Notes under the pieces: generated by a model | What the model was told of the DNA's origin: nothing | Seen by the model: the letters and a program-made list of their open reading frames with translations, nothing else | The model's database searches: none | In this document: positions 48,401 to 61,037 of the stretch, piece after piece | Position numbering within the stretch: the stretch's first letter is position 1 | Layout of the letters: every line of letters begins with the position of its first letter | DNA from: Girardia tigrina | Lineage: Eukaryota | Assembly: GCA_001938485.1 (NCBI GenBank) | Contig: MQRK01248113.1 | Span: 21,296-82,332, forward strand | DNA: 61,037 nt | Reading direction: 5' to 3' | Program-made: the position numbers and the translations under genes

Positions 48401-51400
48401 AGATGAAGGATATACGAAGTGCAATCTCCGTCTATAAGTAAAATACCAAAAATCTTTTAATAAATAAAAATATTATAATACAACTTGATTCAATTAATCT
48501 AAAAAGTAAATTTAAAGACTTAAACTAAAGATTTATTTTTTCCTTTTAACTAAGTTTAATATATGTTAATATAGATTTATATATGAATCATTATTGATTC
48601 GGTGTTATTAATCATTGATCCGCGTTTTAAGTCAAAGATAATAATAATATTGTTTCTATATTTTTACTTAACATCGCACTGTAAATATATTATTATTTTT
48701 TAAATTTCCATCTAATGTCTATAAAAAACTCTCATCTCCATCGAGTGTATTTTTAATCGGTACTTAAAATTATGTTTTTTATCAATATTTTTTAATTAAA
48801 ATAAGTTTATTTTAATAATAAAAATATACATAATCTTTAAAATGAATTTTATGTTTACATAATTTCGTATTGATATGCAATACCAAAATGTAATAATTAT
48901 AATTAAGTAAATTTTACATGATCCTTTTCATTTGAACCTTTAAAATTATATCTTATTTTTATATTAGTATTGTAATCAATTTCAGCATTATACTTCTATT
49001 ATGTTGTAAAAAATTGTTTATAAATATTTTTAATCACATATTAGATTTTATATATCAAAAGGATCATCCATTTCGAATTTGAGAAAAAACATAGAGATCT
49101 CTAGTGCAAGTAGAACGGTCATATAGATGGATATTGCAACACCATTTGGATCTGAATTTCGAAAAAGAGTACTGGCCTTTCAGTAATAAATGCCATTCTC
49201 GTTATACAACCTTTAAGGAAGAAAAGATATTACAATATCTGTTTACAGAAATCCTCTTTAAGAGTGTTGGCTTATGGCTAACTTTAGTGGTTACTTTATG
49301 AGCAAACAAAGTTTGTAAGATTGTTAGTCTTACAATGATCAGAAAAACGATGTTATTGATATCTATATTTGTCTAAATTGTAATTAATTCTTTTTTTTTA
49401 ATTCCAATTATTTTGTATTTTTAATCTTGTCGTAATTGATTTTAATAACGACCTGGTCGACAAAAAATATGTTTGGTACTATGAGTTTTGCATGAGTATC
49501 ATACATATTTGAAGGCTACATATTGGTAAAAAGTGAAAAGAATAATAAAAATTACCCTTTCGCATAGGTAGAGGTTGCAAAAAATATATTACAAGAGTTA
49601 TATCATCGAAGAGTGATCATTATCAGATGCATGACATCCATATTTATAACATAATTACTAAGAAAGTCTCCTTTAATTGAAATTTTATTATAAATTACAT
49701 TATAATTAATGATAATATAAAAATTAAAATCTGAAATAATAATTATTTTTATAAAAAACCTTTAACAAAATTGTTCTTCAATATTTTCTAATCTCTGTTT
49801 TGTAACAAATATACCCTAAGCCTTATTTTTTAAAAAAATTAGGTATCTTTTTTTCAAAAATATTATATATATGTATATATATATATATAACTCCAGGATT
49901 AGTAATTCCTAAATAATTGTTTAATTAACTGTTTTGATATTAAGAACACGTTACCCATGTAGGGTAAAGTTTAGTGATGAAAATCAAATTATATGAACAT
50001 AAAATTCGAAACGACGGAAGAAATCGCAACTGCCCTTTATAGTTCACATCAGTGGCACTAGAGGGGCATCAGATTTGCGCTCGTTGATCCGGTAGGATGG
50101 GATTTTCAAACGAAACCCGCACGTACAAATTGCCGGGCTTCAATTGATTAATTGGCATCATTACATCAGGTTTAATGTGAAAATATTATTTTTGTACAGA
50201 CATCACTGACACTTTTCATTGAAAACTCGGTTGAATGTTCTTGGCATTTTCCCTAATTCAATCATAAATACCAAAACAACGGAGACAAAAATTGAAAGTG
50301 CTAAATTTGTATCATTAATGTAACAAATATCTACAGAGAACTAAATAATGCGTCGTCAAAAATAAATACAAACTTCATTTAGTTTGAGGAAGGGGGATAC
50401 ATATTGGAGTGGTGTGAACAACGATGCGTGGAGTTAATTGGAAGGAGATAGGGATAGATTGTAATTAATAGTCTCGAATGATATTCTGTCAATTATAATT
50501 ATTTTGTAGTTTATATAGTGCAAGTAATACGCTCTTTGCACTTCAATCACGGATAAATTGAATCTTAAAAGTCACGATTTTCAAAATACAGAATAAATTC
50601 TTTAAAAAACGTATTCAAAATTATATATTTGTTTTAAAAAAACAAAAAAAAACCAAAAATATTTTTTCGATTTTCTTAAAATAATATTATAATATTTTTT
50701 TCGTGTTTGAAAAACAAAATTTTCTTTTAAAATAATATTTTTAATCAATTTTTAAGTTATTAGGTTAATAAAATAATTTTTTATTTTAAGAAAATATTAT
50801 TTTTTTAGTATAAATTTTTAAAAAATAAATAAATATATTTTAATTTAATTTCTGATTTATTAATGTCAATTTTAATTAATTAGAATTCATAAGTAAATTT
50901 TTAATTCTGAAAAAAATAATATAAGATAATTAAATATTACTTTAAGTATAATAAACAATATTTTTTTTATTTTTCATTTAAAAACAAGTTTTTTATTTTA
51001 CAGAAAAAAACAATCAAATGTTTTTAGATTTGTTGAAAAAAATAATTTTAAAAAGAAAAACTGTGATTAATCAACGTTTTGAAAATTTTCCAGAAATTGC
51101 TAATTTTAAGAAAATTTATATTTAATTATACAATTTATTTAAACATTTCGATTGAAAAAAAAACAATTAATTTTCACTTCTTCGATAATTATTTGATCAG
51201 AAAATTTCCATTGAAAAATAAATTTAAATAAAATTAATTAATATTCCGCTGCATGTGGTTACCGATTCAGCTAACATCTGGACCGGGATGGAATTAGACT
51301 ATTCCATAATGTGTTGAAAATAAACAACATCATATGTTGCTGGTATAGAAGATAGATTCTTTATTAGTTATTTTGACACTTTAGAAGACTTTTTTTTAAT

Positions 51401-51526
51401 TTTGCATTTTAATTGAAATAAAATTGTAATAGAGGGGAAATTAGTTTTAAAAAGTGTCAGAAAAATATTATAATTTTTATTATTAACGTAAGTTTTGTTT
51501 AATTAATATGAATAATTTCATAATGA

Positions 51527-51585
<59 letters not shown>

Positions 51586-51635
51586 NNNNNNNNNNNNNNN
51601 NNNNNNNNNNNNNNNNNNNNNNNNNNNNNNNNNNN

Positions 51636-51667
<32 letters not shown>

Positions 51668-51670
<3 letters not shown>

Positions 51671-52058
51671 TTAGGTGCAAAAGTTTGTGAGTGCTTGTTT
51701 CTACACTGCTTTTTGTCGTTGCACTGTTTATAAACAGGTTGCAGCCATGCACCCAAATTCCCTGCAGGACTTGATCAAAATAGTGGAAACTGTTTGAACT
51801 CAAAAAGTTACACCAGACTATTGTAAAAAAAATTAAGCCGTTTGATACCTGACCGAATTCGTTCTGTTCTCAAAAGTAACGGTAAACACACAAAATACTA
51901 AACATATGTGCCAGTTATGACAAGTTTTGATAAATTTGTGTCTTATTATAATGTTCTAATAAAATCTTTGTATTTTGGTGTGCTTTCGTCAATATAATTG
52001 CAGTTGGGAGCAAAAGACAATTTAACAACAAGCGTTCACAAACTTTTGCACCTGACTG
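51668..52058 (+). mobile_element. Tc1-derived non-autonomous element
   Basis: TIRs CAGT.AGGTGCAAAAGTTTGTGA..GCTTGTT, TA TSD; C-terminal remnant IPDRIRSVLKSNGKHTKY*. Confidence 0.9.
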
Positions 52059-52356
52059 TATAAATATTTATGTATGTATAATACGTTACTATTTTTAACA
52101 TTTATAAATGACGAAAAACGTTTCAACATAATAGCACATTCAGTTGTGAATATATATCAAATTACAAGTCATAAATGTGGTGCATTGATTATCACGTAAT
52201 TTATATTTATTTTAGGATACACAAATACTTTTTCTCGTTTTAGAGATTAAACAGAGAACAAATAAACTGAAATAAACGTTTTGGTTTATTAAAAATATTA
52301 AAAATGAAAAAATATTAAAAAAAAAACAGAAAACATTTCATTCCAACTTTTATTTA

Positions 52357-52394
52357 AATGTACCAGTTTCGTCTGCCAAGACATCTTCAGAATT
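52357..52394 (-). ncRNA. Minimal type I hammerhead ribozyme
   Basis: Minus strand: AATT-CTGAAGA-T-GTCT-TGGC-AGAC-GAAA-CTGG-TA-CATT. Confidence 0.7.
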
Positions 52395-52529
52395 AAGACA
52401 AAGATTTGTCCACTTTTTTTTATTTATTACAATTTTTGCATCTCTTCAAATATTAAAAATGTATTAATATGATTAGAAAAATGACAGCAAATTTAATCAT
52501 GGTTTAAAATGCTAATTAATAATTCTTGA

Positions 52530-52700
52530 GTGATCTTGGCTTTACTATATCGGTCCATATCGGGATTACAGGGACTTATCTAAAAATATATAGTTTATGC
52601 GGTCCTGGAAGGGTTTGGTAGCCGTAAAGAGGTGTGATAAACATATACATACATACATAACTTTACGGTCAAACCGAATTCAATAGACATTATTGATAAA
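52530..52700 (+). mobile_element. DINE-1/HINE-like fragment
   Basis: AATATATAGTTTATGCGGTC core-like motif and (CATA)n. Confidence 0.35.
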
Positions 52701-52968
52701 ATAAAATGTGCTAACAGTATAATTATAGCTCTATCTGGAAGGAAGTCGAAATTCCAAAATATAGATAATATTTTTAATAATTAAATAGAAGTTTCCGATT
52801 CTTTTTTGTTTTGTGTTAACTAACTAGATAGTACATGTGTCTTGTACAACAAACCAAAGGATGCAAAAGAAGTATTTAAATAAAATTGAAACTTTTTAAA
52901 TTAAATTATGTTTAAAGTATGTTTAAAAAAAGATAATATATATTTTTATACAATAAATTGTATATAGA

Positions 52969-53011
<43 letters not shown>

Positions 53012-53661
53012 AAGATAAATAATACTCAACATTGTTCAAATGAAAGTAATTATTAAAAATCTTGGCAGAAAAATCAATAATTCAAATTCAACAGAAATCC
53101 TGCGATTGCGAAAAGTTCAATTTCCTCTCAATCTTCGTCATTTGAATAATTCGTGCGAAGATCCCGCTAGCCCGACACTCGATATTCCACAAATTCCAAT
53201 AACTACATTAAATAAAATTCTCTAATTCTCTATCTCAAGTGTCTGTCTGTGTCAAATCTCGTTAGCAATCCGAATAATTATTGTATGTCAACTATCTTTT
53301 ATGATTGGTTTTCTGCTAGCTTTTTTGTATAGTTAAATTAAATTCATTAAATTAAGATTTAATCTTTTTTAATATTTTTATTTATTAATATTATTTTTCG
53401 TTAAAAAAGCTCACTGAACGTCAGTTTCAGTTAGCACTTTTACAGTTAGTTACAGTTTTGAAATATTTTTGTCTTAAGGCATGAGAAGAAAATTTCCGAG
53501 ATATTATTATTTGAACATTAAAAAACCATTCTTAAATTTCCAAAATGATTAGTCATATTTTATTAAGGGAATTATATTAACATATATCTTTGTTACTTCA
53601 TATTTTTCATTTATATTCTTTGTTAATTTATATTTTTATTAAGAGATGATCAGGATCAATG

Positions 53662-53692
<31 letters not shown>

Positions 53693-56355
53693 CCAATATT
53701 AAAATATTAAATATTAAATATATTCAGAAAAATGTTGAATTTAACGGAAAGGAAATAGCTACAATTATAAAGCTATTTTTTATAATTACAGTAAAATTTC
53801 TAAGTCAAATTAAATTTTTCATGTTAAAAATTTTCAAATTTGACAAATAATGGAAAAAAATATTTAATTGAAAAATCTTTATGCATTAATTTTGCCGACA
53901 TTAATAATAACAACTATTTATTTTGATCCTAGTTGGATTGATCCCTCGGATTGCCGAATAAGTTCTGAGAAGTATGGGAGTATGTTTTAATTATTTTAAC
54001 CTTTGATTAGTAGAATAAGAAACTTGTACTATACAGTTAATTGATAAAAAACAAAAGTGAAATTTGAAACTTCTTTTTTAATAATAATAAGAAAATTTAT
54101 TTATATCTCATATATTGAAAAAAGCGCTTTTGTATTCAGTTTTTCCATATAAGTGTGTATGCATATCATTTTCAAACCACTTTATGGGGGTACTAGACGC
54201 TTTTAAGACCCCATAAACTATATATTTTCGGAAGGGTATAAACAAATATAGTAAGGTCATCTAAAAAATGCCAATAATTAGAATTACAGCTTATACAATC
54301 GTGATTTTTCTATGAAAGATGATGTCAAGTAATTCAGTCATAATGGTAGTGAAAGATATTTCAATCGCATTTATAATCATTCTGGGCCATAGTGGATATC
54401 TCAAAATCAACGTTATTTTCAAGTTATTGAATGAAAAAATATGATTTATTTTACTAAAATGTTCACTGTAAATACTGATGCTTTCATAACACTGAGCACT
54501 ATTTAATAGGTAAATCTTGAAATATCATACAAATTGCAGTATAATATGCTATTCGCAGTTAAAAAAACTAATCTACCAAAAAGAAAACGCATTGTAAGTC
54601 ACTGAATGCTGTGAATACTGATCTATATATTGTTTCTTTTTGTTAAATTACATTTTTAAAAATCATGAAGTTCCTTTTTCGTAGATTATTTTATATTTTT
54701 ATAAGAATTCGTTTTATGTAATTAAATTTTTATCGTCTTTAATTATTTAAATTTAAGATCTAAATCTTTGTCTACTATTTTTGCATATTTATATTTGTAT
54801 TATTTTTGTATTTTAATAAATTTATTCTGTAAATATATAATTTTATTTTTTTCTAATTTCTATTTTTCTACCAACACAACTTCTTGTCATACAAATACTT
54901 TTATAATTATGGACTGTAAGTAGAAAACATTTTTAATATGCAAAATAAATATTATGAAAATAAAATATAAATTTACCAAATTTTTCGAATGAAATTTAGT
55001 TTATTCCTTTCAAATTATAATTCAATATCTAATTTAATAATGTTTTACTATTTTGTTGAAAAATTTGCATCTGCTTTTACATTCTACAAATCATCAACAG
55101 CTGAAAAATAGTAAAAAAAAGAATAAATAAAAGAGAAGATTATTTACTTTATTTACATTCTCTTAAATTAAAAAAGATTTTCTTTTAATTTCTCTTTTTG
55201 TTGTTAAACTTCATTTCATTTTTTTTAAAGACGACCCGAGTAATCTCAATTATCTTCATTGTAATTAATCAAGATTAAAATATTTTTTTAATTTTGTAAT
55301 ATACAAATTTTGACAAAAAATTAATTTCAAAAGATAATTTACGACTTCTAATTTATACGGATTTACTTTGATTAAGCGCAGCCGCAAAATATTAATGCTA
55401 AAAATTTATACTTTTCATCTTTACTGACACAAATAAGAGACGGAAAAAATTAACTTAAATTATTACGAAAAAAATAAAACTTGTCAATTAATATTAATTA
55501 AACAATTTTGAATTTATTTAATTTTATTTTAATTTAAAAATAAATATAAAATAAATAAATTATTAACTAAAGGCTAATAAAAAATTAAAACGAGACATAA
55601 TTATTTTTATTTAATAATATCAAAAATCAGCTATGATTTTCTTTACAATTTTTTTATAATTCCATACGATTCATCTAACATTCTTAGCAATTAAGTGATT
55701 TATATTCTGTGAAAGCTTTTTTATTATTTATGAGTAAAATTAATTCTTCCTGCTTTGATTTGTTGAAGGTTTCTGGAACGAAGATCAGATGAATAAAAGG
55801 GGATGTCAAGCTAAATTAAAATTATTTTGCTGACAAGAAGCTTTGAAAATGTTTGTTTTGGTCCCAATCATTTTGGTACATCCTTTTTTTTAATACTACC
55901 GTTTATATTATACTACGTAATATTATACTACTACTAAGTTATTCAAAATATAGTAAATTGCATTTCAAAAAATAAAAATTGTATTTTAAATTCGTATTTA
56001 ATAATAAAAAATATGAATTTATTATGAAAATTATCAATTTCATTTGAAAAAATATAAATTAAATTTGAAAGAAATCTTAATTAATTATGCAAAAAATTGA
56101 CTCCAAATGTAAAATTTTTATTCATACTTATTTAAAATTCTTCCTTGATGGTAAGCTGAATTGCAAACGTATATTGTTAAAACCTTGTTTTATTAAATTT
56201 AGACTATTCATATTAAATTAATAATTTTTTGATATTAAATTGGTATATTTCATATTAAATACATATTTTTTTTCATAATTGAAATAAAAATTGCTTAGTT
56301 TTTGAAGTCGGAAAAAAAATTGCCTAATTTGTGAATTTGATAAAAAATTGCCTAA

Positions 56356-56561
56356 CCCATTAATGCCGAGAATTATGTAATATGAAATTTTCATAATTTT
56401 CCATAATTTTCATAATTTTTCATAAGTTTTCATAATGCCTGGTGACAGAGAAACAAAACATGTATACACCTTATCAACGAAACATAACTAAATGCAATGT
56501 TTTTACTTTTACAGTCATTTTTATTAGCTGGACACGAATGTTCCCGTTCGGCGTTAATGGG
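56356..56561. mobile_element. piggyBac-type MITE
   Basis: TIRs CCCATTAATGCCGA / TCGGCGTTAATGGG; flanks CTAA and TTAA. Confidence 0.8.
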
Positions 56562-57279
56562 TTAATCCACGAATTCGGCAAATGAGGAGCCGAGTACACG
56601 AATTCGGCAATTACACAAATTCGGCATAACAGATCATACTTACTACCGCTAAAAATTTTATAAATAAATTTACCAAAGACCAAAACAGCGATACTAAAAC
56701 GGTATGTACCAGTTTTAGTACATTTAATTGCTTCTTTACAATTCCTGTCATTTCTTTTTGTCAAGCAAACTTCATGAAAACATTTACCAACTATCGTTAG
56801 TTTTCTGTTAATCAATTTTTGATATGAAAAATAATATTTATAGAATAAATAAAAAACTACGAAAAATCTACATTGTTAAATGTTTAGTATGTCTGAAAAG
56901 GAAAGAGTAAAAGTTGTGTTTCTAAGGGGCAATACGCGAGTTTGCCGAGTATTGAGTACTTTATGCTTTATTTAGTTAATCTTTATCATAAATTTGGTTT
57001 TCAAATCAATCTTTATTTACTTGTTCTATAAAATCTGAAGCATTTTTGTCAAGCTTTAATGACAAATATAGTTTTGGAAGGAAATATTACAATACAAACT
57101 GATCAAAGTAGTATGGTGAGTCGCTCCAAAAATGTGTGAGAACGATAAACGACCCTCGTAAGGTACCAAAACGTACATCAATTATTTTTATATTCTGGCT
57201 ATGTTTATCGTTAAGAAAATAATAATACACAAAATAAGATTAAATATAAATGTTTATATATAAATATAAATAAATAATT

Positions 57280-57530
57280 TAAATTAAAAAACCAAACGCC
57301 ATTTTTGAATAATATCCATGGATCCGAAAATTAATATTCAAGCTTTTGCTAATTTCACCTTCTTTGTGAAACATTTTCAAATAGAGCCTTTATGACATGA
57401 TTAATAAAATAATCATCATTTTCATATATAAGCTATAAAATCTAATGTTAATTTAGTCTAATGATGGCAGGTAATCCGTCGAAATTAATAACAATATATT
57501 TTACAAAATGGTGTTTGGTTTATCATCCTT
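57280..57530 (+). mobile_element. PLE solo pLTR fragment with degenerate hammerhead
   Basis: DPKINIQ ORF end; CTAATGA-TGGCAGGTAATCCGTC-GAAA-TTAA-TA; homologous to 8700-9260. Confidence 0.7.
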
Positions 57531-58755
57531 TTTTACATTTCTAAGTAAATAATTTATTCTGAGAATAAATTTCTAATATTTTTTTCCTAAAAATCATATA
57601 ATCAAAATATATAAAGCATAGACATAATTATTTATATAATTATTCATCTAAAACAATGCATTTTTAGATATTTTTAATAATTAACACACAAAAGAAAGAA
57701 AATATAAAGAGGAAATGCTTAAGAATCGATTTTCTCCTAAAGAAAAAAGAGCTATTTTTATAAAAAGAAAACTTATTTTTCTTTCTCAACAGAAATATGA
57801 ATTACATATTTGAAGAATACAATTTCCACACTACTATATTTTCAAAACTGCAATATAATATATATGAAAAACAAATTTTTTTTATTTATTTATTTATTTA
57901 AAAATATTAACTAGAATTAGTATCAAAAACGATATAAAAATTGATAAATGTAAAATTAAAAATTATTTTTTTTATCAAATTATACAATTTTTATTTTAAA
58001 CTTTTTACAAAGCCAAAAAATAATAATTGACATCTTGCAAATAAAATATAAATTAGATTTATTGATAATTGGAATAATTAATTAATTAATGATGGACAAA
58101 ATAATATTTTAGAATCCGATATTTATATTTTCCAAATCCGTTATATTTATATGTACAACTTATTAATAATTTATTATGTATATATTTTTCATTTACATTA
58201 AAAAGTCATTGAAAGGGAAAAATAGAAATATAAAAAATATTTTTATTGCATTTATTCATCGAATCCATATCTGATAATAAAATAATCATGTTTCAACATT
58301 ATATTTGTTACAAATTCGCAGCAGAAATTATTAAAAACTTAAATAGAATTATAGATTCCTGGAGAATCTAAATGGAGCAACCGACCAAATTTTATGTAAT
58401 TTCAAAACCGTAATCTTTAAAACCCAAAACGACATTAAATATAAATATCATTTGAAAGAAACACTTTAAAAGATTTAAAACGCTTTATTCAACGATTTCC
58501 GGCAAAAAGATAAACATTTAAAAAAAGGTTTTCTCTCTGTCAATCAAGCAATTAAAAATAATTAAGTAAGTGTTTGTTATTAATTTTTTATAATTAATTT
58601 GTTAGTAACATGTTTAGAAATATCTATAATTGTATTGTCATTATTAAATTTGGATTAGTTTTAGTAAAAGAACTGTACAGTAAATATTATTAAATTTTCT
58701 TTAAATTTATAATAATAATTATTATAAATTTAATAAGTATATTTAAAAATAAATG

Positions 58756-58790
<35 letters not shown>

Positions 58791-58791
<1 letters not shown>

Positions 58792-59192
58792 GACCAAAGC
58801 TGAGAAAAGGGACCACAAGTAGGAAAATGAGTTAAGAGTGCCACGTTGTAGGTCTCATAATAGTTAACAACTGTGCAAAAAATCATGCTGATATTTCATC
58901 ATTTGACTCTCCTACAGATATTACAATGGTCATATTCGTAAAAACTCGTTTTTGAGAAAACGCGAATTGAAACATGTTTATTAAAATCACTGCTACACAC
59001 ACAAATTGAAGTTGGTAGTTAAGACCTATAAATAGGTCAGAACAACAAATGATGCATGCTATATTCAGGGGCATGGATTGACCTATTGAAATAGAGAACT
59101 ACTTTAGCCCCATTTTTGACCAATCCGCTATTACAGGCGATTTCCGGGCTTTCTGTGCAGCGACTTGTGGTCCCTTTTCTCAGCTGCGGTCA
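58791..59192. mobile_element. MITE with 30-bp TIRs in a (TA)n/(CA)n tract
   Basis: TGACCAAAGCTGAGAAAAGGGACCACAAGT / ACTTGTGGTCCCTTTTCTCAGCTGCGGTCA. Confidence 0.88.
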
Positions 59193-59232
59193 CACACACA
59201 CACAAACACACACACATATATATATATATATT

Positions 59233-59605
59233 TAAAAGTAAAATCTATATGCAATAAATACGAGGGATAAAGAGAAGACGACTCCTTTTGAGATAACAAT
59301 CACATCATCAGGTCAATCGAAATGATGCATCTAACTAACAAATTATATTGTGAATTTACAATAATTAAAAATATTTTACAAATAAATCATTCGATTCAAA
59401 CTAAATCGTTTCATTTTTCCTAAAGATTAAGCAAAAATACACTGAATGCGATTAATTTCATTCTCGCAAACCAAAAACTGTTAAAAATTATGAACTCTCG
59501 TATGTGTTTATTTAATACATTGTGTAAACTGATGTGATGATGGGATTGTTATCTCAAAATGAGCCATTTTACCCCTTGTATATATTGTATATAATATTTA
59601 CTTTT
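59233..59605. mobile_element. Foldback/MITE with ~80-bp imperfect TIRs
   Basis: TTTTGAGATAACAATC.CATCATCA at 59286-59310 is inverted at 59535-59560; similarity extends outward. Confidence 0.7.
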
Positions 59606-61037
59606 CGATGTTTATATTCTAACGAGAAAATCCAACATTTTATAAACGTTTTGGAAAGAACAAATAAATTTAAAACAAAATGCATTAGTCGGTGTGTGAT
59701 TGGCTGAAACTGATCAAATGTGTTATTATACTAAGTCACCAGTCTCAAACTTGATGCAGTTGAGAGAACACGCTGTTCTCTCAGATTGCCATTTGGCCAG
59801 ATATTTCAGTCGAATTACATTGATGAGATTTCGGATTGTTTTGGGTTTGATGTGAAGTCTAAAAGAGAGTGTATTGCATTGAGTGTGGTAAGTTTCATCT
59901 CGAAGATTAGCTTTAGTTATCTTATTTATAAATTCCTGTTACATTGTAAAATACGGAATGATAGAGTAAACATCGTTTTCTCAAACGGCAATTGATAGCT
60001 GCCAATGGTTGGTTTCCGAGAATGGGATTGATTGTGTTTAATGTATTTTTGTCTAATTTTAAAGAAAAAATGAAAAAAACATCATTTAATCTAATGATTC
60101 ATGAATAAAAGATTTTTTAATTATATACAAATAAATTATAAAAGAAAAGAAATGTAATTTTAATTTTTATTAAATAAACAATATTGGTTTTTAACTAATT
60201 AAAATAATTTACAGTTATAACCACTTAAAATAATAAAACTATTGACATTAAAATAAATAAACTATAAAAAGGATAAATATTTTCGGTAGAAAAAACTAAT
60301 TAAAATATTAATTAAATTATAATTTATAAAAAGGAATAAGGGTTGATAAAAAATTTAAAAGTGCAATACAAAAATCTAAGGAACAATTAAAAGGTTTTTT
60401 AATGAATATTTCTATACAATAAATATGAATTTATTATTTTCAATTAGACAATGACCATTTATGTTCAATTGGCTTAGTTCCTAAAAACAACTTCCTTTCT
60501 ATTATTAAAATGTCGTCTAAAAGTCTAAATTAGAGTAAAATAGAGAGTGATTATTTTTTTCTAAATATAAATCGAAAATTCATCAAAACCTATTAGAAAT
60601 TCTACCCACGGTTTTAAAGAGCTCTTGCAATTTTATCTGGCATGAAAATAATTTGTATTTATTTTTCCCATTAGTAAATTGATTCATAAATTTCTTACCA
60701 GAAATAGGATATGTATTTTTCCCGTTTTTTTTTCCGTACAAAAACCTTTGAAAAATATCCTAAGTATTGAAAGATAATTGGATAGAAATTAAATAACATT
60801 TTACACAATAGAAATATTTTTTAATTTATTATTTGTAACAATTAAAGAGGAATGTAAATCGCGCCTCCTATTTTTTATTAGGAACAATTTATTCAGATAA
60901 TCAAATGATCTGAAAAAATATCTCTGTAAGGAAAATTAACTATATATTACTATTTATATTAAATTATCATATTGCATATATATATTAAATTGTAAATTGG
61001 ATCCAGATTAATTTTATAAACTCCTGATTTGTTTTAA

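Noticed and set aside
51483-51803. IY-repeat ORFs (also at 37357-37593, 5364-5570 and 24345-24548)
   Set aside because: Translations of (TA)n microsatellites and N-gaps.

Overview
Very AT-rich, intron-bearing eukaryotic DNA (TE repertoire typical of an invertebrate animal; species not identifiable from sequence) with three N-gaps. It is dominated by decayed mobile elements: six mariner/Tc1-like transposase copies (one nested in another), Tc1- and piggyBac-type MITEs, Mutator-like (MULE) fragments and non-autonomous elements, an hAT fragment, Helentron/HINE-like repeats, several Penelope-like elements (PLEs) with hammerhead-ribozyme-bearing pLTRs, a solo LTR, a 5S-rRNA-derived SINE, and a NeSL-like RLE non-LTR retrotransposon with two tandem Ulp1-like protease domains. 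No intact, recognisable host gene was found; there are many exon-like islands with short introns and in-frame stops. The best candidates for new biology are (1) a 409-bp non-coding, TSD-flanked insertion that begins exactly at an HDV-like ribozyme (19233-19641), and (2) Pack-MULE-like elements carrying host-gene-like fragments: a mitotic-cyclin N-terminus (13047-14521) and a mucin-like Thr-rich segment (47571-48400). All calls are by-eye motif reading; no searches or folding were run.
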